A stretch of 64,000 nucleotides of DNA from Piromyces finnis finn. Its lineage: Eukaryota > Fungi > Neocallimastigomycota. How positions within the stretch are numbered: the first letter of the stretch is position 1; each line of letters starts with the position of its first letter. The DNA lies in assembly GCA_002104945.1 (NCBI GenBank), contig MCFH01000022.1, forward strand, positions 248,001 through 312,000, read 5' to 3'. The position numbers and the translations under genes were made by a program. Below are positions 23,720 to 39,117 of this stretch, in pieces. The notes under the pieces were generated by a model, which was not told the origin of the DNA, ran no database searches, and saw only the letters and a program-made list of their open reading frames with translations.

Positions 23720-24272
23720 TTTTTTTTTTTTTTTTTTAACTTCCGAGTGCATTTCTCCCATCGATCAGAGTTAGCTCCAATGATGGTTCTTAGAGAAACG
23801 TTGGCTCATTCCTATTGCTAGGTGGTTGTGACCCTCCTGGTCTGTCATACTGTTTCTTCAGCTTCGACGCTCACTTAATCCATGTACATTAAATGCATGT
23901 CGTTGTACGATATTTCACAACTACAATGCTAAGCCTCTTATAGTCAATTTGATCACGTGTCAACCGCCCCCTAATGTTTACACTTAAATTGATTAAGGAA
24001 TATTATGTGTTTTTGGCATAGCCTAAGTCACCACTTATTAAGTTCTAATTTGGAATGTACCATGTACACTAGACCCTCTCAGGCCGGCTAGACGAGTGTT
24101 ATTATCATAGTAGTAAATTAGAAAGTTCATTTATACTTACCTGAATATCATAACCCAACCCATGGCAAACCCAGTGGGAAAATCCACAGGCACTGACATC
24201 TGCGGGGTCGAACCAGAAGCCTTATGTATGCTAAGGAAACGCCTTAACAACCAGGATAAAAACTGGAACGAC
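23720..24272 (-). mobile_element. Retroposed SINE-like element with tRNA-like head, poly(A) tail and 13-bp target-site duplication
   Basis: A ~550-bp GC-elevated non-coding island flanked by identical TTTTTTTAAAGTA copies at 23707-23719 and 24273-24285. A T run at 23720-23737 is a poly(A) tail on the minus strand. The 5' part has an A-box-like TGGTTGTTAAGG, a 5-bp/7-nt hairpin CCTTA-GCATACA-TAAGG and a B-box-like GGTTCGACCCC. Confidence 0.8.
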
Positions 24273-24426
24273 TTTTTTTAAAGTAATCTTTAGTAAAATT
24301 AATAATATAATACACATTTATTTAATTTTTTTTTTGAAAATATATATATATATATTCCTTGCCAAGATAAATATCATTTTTCATAAATATATCAAAATTA
24401 TTAATTTAATAATTTTATTGGTATAT

Positions 24427-25320
24427 TTATATATTTCTTCTTTTTGGATTAGGTCTTAATTTATAATTTGTTCTTATTCTACTCCAACGATCATTTTCCA
24501 AATTACATTTATATTTTTCAAATTTTTCTACCAAGCAATCATAATTTCTTTTATTGCAATTTATTCCTACAAGTAATATCTTTTTGTATTTTTTAACACC
24601 TTTTGATAATACTGCTTATTATATATTTGTTTAATAACTTGTTCTGGTAATGCCCAACCTTAATTTCTAAAATTATTACTGGGTTTTTATATCTATCATT
24701 TGGATAAAAAATAAAATCAGCACGTCCTTTTCCAGCATTTGATTCTTGTTCTATTTCATATATTTCTTTTACATAAAAGAAACTATATTTTATAATAAAT
24801 CCTAAAGTATTTTCATCATATTTTGTAAAAGATGTTGCTTCATTATTATGCATAGTTTCTAATATATTTTTCATAGTTCCTATATCTTTAGTTATTGTTG
24901 CTTTTTTAACATTTCCTTAGAATTTTTCATTAAATCATAAAAGTATGTAAATTTTGTTTTTATTACATCTTTAAATACTTCTTTCAATTCATTATTTGGA
25001 ATTGAAAGTTTTTCATCATGATATACATTAAAAATCCATAAGTTACCATAGCAGAATATACTTCTTCCTTTGTATTTAAACTCATATTTTCTGTTCCATT
25101 TTTTTTTAATTTTAAATATAAAGTTTCACCATTGGTTAATCGTAAAATTTCATCTCTTTACACCACTAAAATTAAAATTAATTAAATCAACTACTTCATT
25201 CAATGGACCTGTATTTGTCTATACTCTTATCTTTAGATACATTGAGCTTATCAAAAATTCCTTTGGAGTCAATATTTTTACTATAGTAAGATATTAACAT
25301 ATTTGTGATTGATGTTTTTC
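24427..25320 (-). pseudogene. AAA-ATPase-like / PD-(D/E)XK nuclease (PDDEXK_9-type) C-terminal remnant
   Basis: Fragments TNTGPLNEVVDLIN, YSAMVTYGFL, LSIPNNELKEVF, EQESNAGKGRADFIFYP, PVIILEIK and KILLVGINCN fall in shifting frames with internal stops. The N-terminal ATPase part is missing. Confidence 0.85.
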
Positions 25321-27395
25321 TTTTATATTGTAATGATTTAATATATTAGTTAATTATTATTGATGAAATCTCTTTCTAATAATTCTCCTTTTTTTATACA
25401 ATAAGTTTAAATGAAATATTACAATAAAATGTAACTCTATATTTAATAATAAATATAAGAAGGAAAAAAAAAAAAAAAGATATGCATATAAATATTTATA
25501 TATCATTTGTAAATTTAGTTCATAGTATATCTTTAAACATCATTATTATTTATTTTATCTTTCTTTCTATTTATAGTATTTGAAGATGAATCTATATATG
25601 TCTAAGTAGAAATATAAAATTAAAAGATACGTTTACTTAAATCTATATTTTCTTTATTAGGAACAGTATTTTTTTTTATTTTCATTTCTACACATACCTT
25701 TTTATTTTATTAATGCTTATATTATTCAAAAATTATAAAACCTAATTATTATTGAATAGTTAGAATAATATATATCGTGTATATAAAAATAAATATAATA
25801 AAATAAATTTTTATTTTTGTTTTTATAAATAATAGTTATTTCAAATATTACATAAAATTCACCAAGTAGATAAGCTCACTTATCTTTTCTTACTGTATTT
25901 GATTGTAGCTCATACATGTAATTATTATTATATAATATAAATTTAATTAAAAAAAAAAAAGCAATGTAAGCAATCATCATGAATTACTTCAATATTCTTT
26001 TAATATAATTACTAATCAAAATGAAAAGAATTTTCAAAATTTAACCATGAACTAATAATTATATATACTTTAAAAAAAAAAAAAAGAAAGAAGATTTTAA
26101 AAAATATATAATTATATAATCAATAATGATTTAAGTGAATTTTCGGGGCATGGTTACTAACCAAATATTTTTTCAAAAAATCCCATAGATCAGTCTAAAA
26201 AGGGATTTAAATGTTTTTTTCTTCTTATTTTATAAAAAGTATTAAATTATTTTAAAATATTTAATAATAAAAACAGTTTATATTTTAAATAATACATTTT
26301 AGAAATAAATTAAATTAATTATTAAATTAATCATTTTCTATGAATAGAATGGTCTAAAAAGACTAATGAAATAAAAAAAAGAATATCAAATACTATTATA
26401 TTTCATTTCTATTTTATATTAGTTAAGAAGAATAAAAATAATGTGAATATTATAAAAAAAAAAAAAAACCCAAAGTGTTCAGGTTTGAAAATGTTACTTT
26501 TAATTATTTTTTAAACAAAATATTAATAATAAAATGGAGACATTAATAATATTAAAATGAAATGAATAATTCTATTAAAGAATTTTTTTTTATTGGATAG
26601 TTATTTTTCATGAGAAAATTAAAAAAAAAAAAATGAAATTTATGGAAAAACATTATTATTATTATTATTATTACTATTATTATATTTAATAAAAAGTAAA
26701 AAATATATATATACTTTTATTATTTATTTATTATATTCAATATTATTTATTAATATAATTTCTTATTTACTTTTCTTATTGACCTTTTATTATTAAAAGT
26801 CATTTTCTTATGACCAAAATGGTCAAATTTTAAATTTTACCAAAGTTTAAATTTTTATTTTTTAATTAATAATCCATATATTAAATGTATATTGTAAATG
26901 TATTCATATCTACATATTAATAAAATTAATATATTATCATGAGTTTAATAAATTTCGTGTAACCTTCCCTGTTTTAATATTAAAAAAAAAGAATAGGATA
27001 AAAAATATTATCTATTTACCTATATATTACCATCGTATTATAATATATATGTTTGGATATTCCATTTATATTATTAATATTTACAAGAATACATTATAAT
27101 TTTATTTATTAAATTGTAAAAAAAAAATAATATATACAAATTTGGTTAAATTTAATGCTTTAATAAAAATTAATTATATTGAATCAAATAAATGGAAGAG
27201 ATAGGTTTAATGGCGGTTATTTGATATTTAATTATTAGTTTTATCAAATTAAATTTTAAAACAAATTAAAATTTTATATTAAAAAAAAAAAAAATGTATA
27301 ATTTAATTTAAAAAAAAAAAACTATAAAAAATGAAAAAAAAATTTTTTTTATAATTTTTTTTTTTTTTTTAAATTTTTGATATTAAGTATTAAAA

Positions 27396-29681
27396 ATGGC
27401 TAGAGATAGGTCTTATAGCTATACATCATTAATGTCAGAAAGAACTTATAAAGGTGATGTTGATGATGTTTCTTTTGAAGAAAATAATACACTAATAAAT
27501 GAAAATAATGAATTAAAAACAAATACAGAAAATAAAAATATTTTAAAAGTAGATAATAATGAAAAGATACCAAATGATTCTGTCGGAGTAGAATATGAGA
27601 ATCAAAAAAAGTTAATAGAAGAAGTTGAAAAAGCCAGGTTAGACAAAAAGAAAATTAAAATTCGAGATTTAATAAAGGAACGTAAAGATACAATAGCAAA
27701 AACAGAAAAGATATTAAGTATTTTAAATACATGTATTATTCATAGAAAAACTATAGAAAATCAAATAAAAACGATTGTTAAAGATGTACCTGAAATAAGT
27801 ATTTCAGACCTTAATATAAATGATGAACCTATTAAAATTGATATTGAAAAGATTAATGGTAAATCAAATGGTCCATATGATAATACACAAGAAGAATTAA
27901 CCAATACCAAAAACGCTATAAAGATTGCAATAGAAGAAAAGGATAAAGCTGTATTAGAAAATGAAAAATTGAAAAGAAATATATATGAAAAGGAAGATGA
28001 AATTGAATATCTTAAAGACCAAAATATTAAACAATTATTACAATTAAAAATATCAGAAGAAAAGCAAGAACAAGTCCATTCTGAAATTGAAAAAATTAAT
28101 AAAGAAAAAAAATTGTTATTAAGTAGTATAGAAGAAAAAAATAATGAAATTTCTTCTCTTAAAAGAAAAAATGAAAGTCAACAAATAATAATAGAGAAAA
28201 CAAAACAAGAATTGGAAAAATCTAGAGAAGAAATTGAAGAAATTTTAAAAGAGAAAAAATCAGCTATTAGAGAAAAAGAAAGAATAATGGATGAAATAAG
28301 CGCAAAAGAATGTGAAATAGAATTACTAAAAGAAAAAAATAAAAAGCAAGCATTATTTATAAAGGAATCTGAAGAAGAATTAGAGTATACCCAAGAAGAA
28401 GTTAAAAAAACTAAAATAGAAAAGATAATGAATATGAAGGATATAGAAGAAAAGAAAAGCGAAATTAACATACTTAAAGAAAAAAATAAAAAGCAACAAT
28501 TATTATTAGAAAAAAGCAAAACTGATTTAGAAAAGGTTTTTACCGAAGTTGAAAATACATTTTTATTTATCAACAAAAAGAATGAGGAAATAGAAATCCT
28601 AAAAAATGAAAAAGAAAGATCAATTGAAATAGTCAATAATAAGGTAAAAGAAATTGAAAGTATTGTAAATAATATTAAAAATATAAAAATAATTGAAAAG
28701 GAAGAAGCTAATAAAACGGTAAAGAAGATGGAAGAAGAAATAGCATCTCTTAAAAGAGAAAATGAAAGAAAGCAATCTATTATTGATGATACTAAAAAGG
28801 AATTTGAAAATACAATGAATGAATTGAAAACCGCTCAAAACGATAAAATAAATATAAACCGGAAAATAGAAGAAAAAGATAATGAAATTGTATTGCTCAG
28901 CAATTCAAAAAAGGCTCAACAAATATTAATTACTAAATTACAACATAATTTGGAAAAGGTTCAAGAAGAACTCACAGAGTCCGAAAAAAACAACGATGAA
29001 TTGAAAGATGAAAATCAAAAAATAATGAACAAGGTTACGGAAATGCAAAACATAATATCAACCTTGAACAAAGAAAAAGGATCAAAGCAAAAAGAATTAG
29101 AAGAATTAAAAGCGAAGCATTCTTCTTGTAATTCCAAGGAATTCTTAAAGGTCGAACAAAAAAAAGCTGATAAATTAAATGAACAATTATCGTTTATTAA
29201 AAACAATATTAATGAAGCAAAGTTTGAATTAAAAAAATACATGAAAGATTTAGAAGTAATTTATCCTGAACTTAAGATTAACCCAAAACAATCCAATATG
29301 TATAACAATATTTATAATTTATTTGTATATTCCATTGACAGTTTATCCTATATAAAGGAATCTAACGATTGCAGTAAGCTAAATAAACATTTTAATAAAT
29401 GTATAAATATAATGGAAACCGTACTTAATAAAGTTGATCATCCTTGTTCCTTAATACGTTTTGATCTTTGTGATTACGAAGGCAAAAATGGTAAAATCTA
29501 TGGAAATATTAATGAAACAAAATCTGTAGTTAATTCAAGTTGTGGATGCAAGTATCATACTACTTGTTTAAAATCAGCCTTAGCTGTTCGTAATTATAAT
29601 GATTTAAATCAAATAAATAAACCAATAAAGTTTAAATGTCCAAATTGTCATGAAGATACTACTGCAACGTTATTATCATAA
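27396..29681 (+). CDS. Long coiled-coil protein with C-terminal atypical RING-like Cys/His cluster
   Basis: Intronless 761-aa ORF with E/K-rich heptad repeats and a C-terminal C...C...CGCKYHTTC...CPNC pattern. Confidence 0.7.
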   Translation: MARDRSYSYTSLMSERTYKGDVDDVSFEENNTLINENNELKTNTENKNILKVDNNEKIPNDSVGVEYENQKKLIEEVEKARLDKKKIKIRDLIKERKDTIAKTEKILSILNTCIIHRKTIENQIKTIVKDVPEISISDLNINDEPIKIDIEKINGKSNGPYDNTQEELTNTKNAIKIAIEEKDKAVLENEKLKRNIYEKEDEIEYLKDQNIKQLLQLKISEEKQEQVHSEIEKINKEKKLLLSSIEEKNNEISSLKRKNESQQIIIEKTKQELEKSREEIEEILKEKKSAIREKERIMDEISAKECEIELLKEKNKKQALFIKESEEELEYTQEEVKKTKIEKIMNMKDIEEKKSEINILKEKNKKQQLLLEKSKTDLEKVFTEVENTFLFINKKNEEIEILKNEKERSIEIVNNKVKEIESIVNNIKNIKIIEKEEANKTVKKMEEEIASLKRENERKQSIIDDTKKEFENTMNELKTAQNDKININRKIEEKDNEIVLLSNSKKAQQILITKLQHNLEKVQEELTESEKNNDELKDENQKIMNKVTEMQNIISTLNKEKGSKQKELEELKAKHSSCNSKEFLKVEQKKADKLNEQLSFIKNNINEAKFELKKYMKDLEVIYPELKINPKQSNMYNNIYNLFVYSIDSLSYIKESNDCSKLNKHFNKCINIMETVLNKVDHPCSLIRFDLCDYEGKNGKIYGNINETKSVVNSSCGCKYHTTCLKSALAVRNYNDLNQINKPIKFKCPNCHEDTTATLLS

Positions 29682-32218
29682 CTATTTTTATAATTAAACA
29701 ATATTATCATTTATTAACATTATTATCATTATTATCATTATTATATCCCCTCAAAATATCATTTAACTTATTTAATTATTCATTTTTCATTAGTTAACCT
29801 ACATTTATATTTAAAAATTAATAATTTGAATTATCATTTAAATAATCCATCCATTTTTTTATTTTAATTTATTTGTAATATATTTTATCAAAAAATAGTA
29901 AACTATAAAGTGTTGTATTTTTTATTATATATCCTAATAAAAGCAAGGTCATAGGAGTTAAATTTTAATTGAAAAAAAAAAATGTATTCACTGTCTATAC
30001 TTTGTATTAAATAAAAAAATTTATTTAAAAATTAAAGCTGTATGTCAAAAGAGAATATTTTTTAGTTTACTTTTTGCCTTATTATTATATTTCTAATGGT
30101 TTGCATTGCTTGCTTTGCTTGCTTTGTTTGCTTAAATGTAGTATTCCTATTCTTTTTTTTTTTTTAAAAAAGAAAAATAGGGGTTTTTCATTCTTAACAA
30201 ATTATCTATGACTATTAATATATATAAGATAACAAATTTTTAAAATAATATTTACCAATCATTTAAAAGAGAATATTACAGAAAATAGATTGTTTTTTCT
30301 GGACACAAATTTTTTTAAAAGAAAACAAAAAAGTGTATTGATGACTTAATAGAACATTTATTAATAAATAATTATATTCCTATATATTATATTTTATATT
30401 AAATAAATATATTCGTATGCATTATTAATTTATTATTAGTCATCAAAAACGACAATGAGGATAAAGTAAATAATAATTTTTTATTTTATACTATGTTGAA
30501 AGGTTTAAATAATATTTTATATCTATGTATTATTAATATAAAATAAAATAAATAAAAAAAAACAAAGTAAGTTTATTTTAATAATTTTATATATATTTTA
30601 ATAGTTTTACTAGGTTTATTTATAGTGTAGTAAGAATTCTTAAATATTATAATTTAATTAAAAATATAATAATAGGTTTAACTATCAAAATTTTCTTCAA
30701 GTCATACTGATGTTTAGACAGTCACAGATTCACTATTAGAATTGTAATAAAATAAATTTTCATAGGTTTAATTCAAAAAAATAAATTAAAAAAAAAAACT
30801 TTTTTTTTTTTTACTCTCTTTCTATATTTGTCGATGCAAATGGAATATGTATAAATTGAAAAGCCTAACAAAATATTTCTTTTAATTTATTCAAAATTAA
30901 ATTTATTTTATCCTTTAAATGCTTTTTTAACAGGCTATGAGAATCTTTAAATTTTGTATTTATTATTGTAGAGAATAAAATAAAAAAAAAAGTGGTTGAA
31001 ATTACGTTTTTTGTTGTTTTACAAAATATCTTATATAAGTTAAAAAAAAAATTTTATTTTTAAGGTGATTTCATTTAATGAATTGAGATTCTAAAAGCAA
31101 TTATTATTTTAGGATACCTTTTATAGAAAGAATAAGGATAATGGCTAGAAGTAATATAAAAAAGTCAATAAAAACGATCTATATTTTATTCTATCATTAA
31201 AAAATATATATAAAAATAAAAATATTATATATTTTCATTATTTTTAAAATTCTAAAAATTAAAATATTAATTTATTATTATGGATAATAAATTTTGAATT
31301 ATTAAAACTAATATTATAATTTATTGATTTATAACATTAACATCAATACATATATAATATTAATAATTAATAAATATATTTTATCTGTCAATTGAGCATA
31401 TTAAATATTAATTGCTCTTAGATATATTTTGTATGTTTTATAAAAACTTTTTTTTTTTTAGATTGAATCATTACTTTTAATAAATAATAATAAGGGTTAC
31501 AATAACAAAATGTTTTTATTAAAATTCATTTTATTATTATTATTTTTTTAATAAACTTTTATTACATTAGAAATAAAGGAAAATATCAAAAAAGAATAAA
31601 ATTATGTAAAGTTTATTAAAAATATATTATTTTTTAGTAATATACAAGTGATTTATATATATATATATATATATAATTGCAAAAAAAAATATAATTTATA
31701 TCTTTGTGACAAGAGGTATTCCATTTTTTTTTTTTTTTTTATTTATCATCATTAATTGTTGATAAATTTTTATATTTCTTTTATATAATTATTCTTCTTC
31801 TTTCCTCCCTAATTTCTATTTTCTATAGTCAAAAACTGCTATATTTTTCAATTTAAAAAGATATTATAAAGAAGTCTTTTTTTTTTTTTTTTAAACTTTA
31901 TTTTGAATAATTTTTTTTTTTTTTTTTGAAATGTAAATATGTAAATTAAACTTTAAAAAATTTTATAAACAATTTTTATTTTTTCAAAAAGAAAAACCAA
32001 CAAACTCTATATTATATCATTCTCTATTTAATTTTTAATAGTTAATTTTTTTTCTATACTTTTTTTTTTTTTTTTAATTTTCTTAAATAATAATTATATA
32101 TTTATAAAAAAAAAATAAAGATAATAATTATATATTTATAAAAAAAAATAAAGATTGATAATTTATACATATAAAATAAAAAAAAAATAAAGTAATACTA
32201 AAATAACAAATATTATTT

Positions 32219-36060
<3,842 letters not shown>

Positions 36061-36762
36061 AAATAATAAACTTTTTCCTATAATTTTTTTTTCTATTTAA
36101 TTTTTTTTTATACCTAATTTAGAGAATTAAAATAATTTCATACTTCATACCTTTTTATATTTTTAAATATTAATATAATATTCTTTTTTTTTTTTTTTTT
36201 TTTTTTTGCATATCGAAATAAGCATAATTTTCATTACACATTTTACTTTTTTTTTTTTTAATTGCATTTTATTTTTTTTGTTTTTTCCTTTTTATTTTAT
36301 TAAAGGTATAAATCATACATATAAAATAACTTTTCTTTATAACTATAAAATTATATATTTATTTTTCTTGTTAATATTCATATTTATAAAAATATATATA
36401 TACTTTTTTTTTTTATATTGATAAAATAGTTATGTAGGTGTGAATGAAAAAGAAAAAAAAAAAAAAATGAAATTCATTACTAAACTTAAAAATATGGTTT
36501 TCATATTTCTTATAAAATAATTGCTGAATAAAAATATATTAATTCTAAATTATTATTTAATTTTTTTTTTTTTTTATTTTTTTATTTTTTATTTTTTATA
36601 TGTGGTTAAAAAAAAGATAAATTAATTTTTAAATATATTTATAAAAATAAGGATAAAAAAAATAAAAAAAGAATATATTTTTATATATAAAATATTATAT
36701 ACATTTCAATTTATATAATATTTGTAATCAAAAAATGGGTTAACCATATAATATTATTATGC

Positions 36763-37842
36763 TTAAACACGAGAAGCAAGATCAACAAGGTTACTGGTAC
36801 CAGTTAAGGAACTAGTAACACGTTCTTCATTCTTAAAGGTAGCAATACCGTAAGAAATGGCACTGCAAGTAATAGTAATGGTTGGAAGGATAAAAGCGGT
36901 AAGAGCACCATTGAATTCAAAAAGCCAGTTAACAACAGCAATACTATTTTATTTTTATTTAAAAATAGTTAATTAAAAATCTTTTACTTTATAATTACTA
37001 TATTGGTTGATAAAAAAAAAAAAAGATAAAAAAAGACATACGCAGCATATAAAACAGCTCTCATTGAGTTCTTTTCAAAGAATTTAATAAGTTCATCACT
37101 ATTTAAATTTATTTATAAATATAATTGAATAAATATATTGTGATTTTATTATTATACTTAATTACCTATAATACTTACAACTTTGGGCTTGATGGAACAC
37201 ACTATTATAATTAATTATTATTGAAAAATATATAAAATATATTTAATTATCATAACTTAATACATATTTATACATAAACATACATATCGATTGTTTTTAT
37301 TTTACCTTTAAAAAGATTGGAATTTCAAGTAAAATAATACCACAACCAAAGACACTTTTATTAATATTTTTTAATAAATATATTTATAAAAAAAAATTTA
37401 AAATTTAATTATATTAATATGAAAAAAAATTATTATTCAGAGAAATATAATTTTATTACAGATCGAGGATTCCTTGTAAACTTTCAGCAGCATGTAACAT
37501 AAGAATACCTAAAATGTTTGCTGGAGCAAAGATAAGGAATACTATATTATATAAAAAAAGAATAAATGTTAAATATTTTAATAATCTTTTATACAATATA
37601 TCTAAAAAATATAATATCTTTTTGTGTATTTATTATAAACTTACATATGGAAGAAATAATGGCGAACCTTTAATATTTCATTATTTTAATTTAATATAAA
37701 ATAATTAAAAATTATTAATTTTTTTTTTTCTTGAAATAAAAATTAAAAGCTTTTACTTTTATAAAATAATTTTATATCAATACCATTGACCGTAAATGGT
37801 ACATTGTCCTGAGGTTAATTCTTTAACAAAGTCGAATTTCAT
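36763..37842 (-). CDS. TVP18: Golgi membrane protein Tvp18-like (FLOWER/Cg6151 family), multi-exon
   Basis: Spliced pieces read MKFDFVKELTSGQCTIYGQW, IILLEIPIFLK, ELIKFFEKNSMRAVLY and AISYGIATFKNEERVTSSLTGT...SRV-stop, resembling fungal Tvp18. Most exons are too short for the ORF track. Confidence 0.8.
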
Positions 37843-39117
37843 TTTGTATCTTTACAAAGTAAAACATTGATAATACGTTTTTTTTCCGTTTTTTTTTTTT
37901 TTTTTTGTGATTAAATAAAATCCATTTAGAAATATGTATGTATATATATTTGTTTTTATTTATATATACATATAAATAAAACATTTGTAATTGAAACCAT
38001 TATAATAATATATAAAAATATAAATTAAGGTTAGTGTTATTCGATTCATCTATATTTATTTTAATTTTTATTTACAAAATTAATTATTTAAAGTATATTT
38101 ATTTCCCCTCTTTTTTTTTTTTTTTCATTTAAAAAGCTTTATTTTATCACTTTGTTTAACATGAAGAAAAAAAAAAGATCAATTTATTTATTTATTATTT
38201 TGATTATAACAATTTCTATTCAAAATTCTTTTTTCTTTTTATTTTCATTTCAATTTTTGTTTATATTTATTTATTTATAATAAATTTATTATTTATTTAT
38301 ATTAATAATTTCCTTTTTTTTTTCCTTCTTTTCTTTTTTTTATTCATTTTTATAGTTTTACCTTTTATTATTTCTATAAGTAATGTTATAATTGTCTTTT
38401 TTTTTTCTTTTTTAAAATTTTTTAATCTTAACTCTACTTTAAAACACTAAATTGTTTTCAAAAAAAAAAAAAAAAAAAAAAAAAGTAAAATTGATTTATA
38501 ATAATAATATAAAAATTTATATTATCAATAATAAATAATAAATTGATAAAATATTGTATTAAATTTAATATTTATTAATATTTCTTTTTTGTGTATATGT
38601 ACATTTTACAAATAAAAAAAATTAATTTTATTATTAATTAATATTTAGATTAATATATGAGAAATATAAAAATTCAATTCATTTCAATGGCTGTCTATAT
38701 AAAATATTAAAAAATATATTAAATATAATATATATAAATAATACTATATTAAAATATAAATTTAAATTGTAATAAATTAACTTTATTTGATATTGTTTTA
38801 ATTACATACAAAGTAATACATTATATTAAATAATGTATTTTAGTTAAGAAAAATCTTTTTTACCATATTTGGAAATTTTTAATATAAATTATATTTATTT
38901 CTAAATTTGTATTAAAAAAAAAAAAACGGTTCATTTTCATTTTCACCAACAACAAAAATTAAATTAATATGGAAAGAGTACTGAAAAGGAATCTTTTTCA
39001 GAGTATTGCAGTCAATAAGTTAAAAAGAAAGGATATGAAAAGATATTTAAAGAATAAGGCGATATATCTATTTTTTGATTTTGAGATTATTATAAATTTT
39101 GTTGTAAAAATTATATC

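Noticed and set aside
23750-23890. Short FMN-riboswitch-like words (GATGGGAGAA, AAGCTGAAG, ACAGT) upstream of RIB4
   Set aside because: The conserved core (AGGGC, GGTGAAATTCC, GCCGAC, AGTCYGG) and its spacing are absent, and the region has retroposon hallmarks. An Infernal search with the Rfam FMN model would settle it.
24133-24143. ATACTTACCTG, identical to the U1 snRNA 5' end
   Set aside because: The downstream sequence shows no U1 stem-loops or Sm site that I can recognise; it is better read as a splice donor on the minus strand.
24195-24272. Functional tRNA gene
   Set aside because: No complete acceptor stem, a mismatched T-stem and a non-canonical anticodon loop; treated as a degenerate SINE head.
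26130-26840. Degenerate repeats (GTCTAAAAAG twice; TCATTTTC...AATGGTC twice; TGACC-N5-GGTCA palindrome)
   Set aside because: No clear terminal inverted repeats or target-site duplication; not distinguishable from chance in AT-rich DNA.
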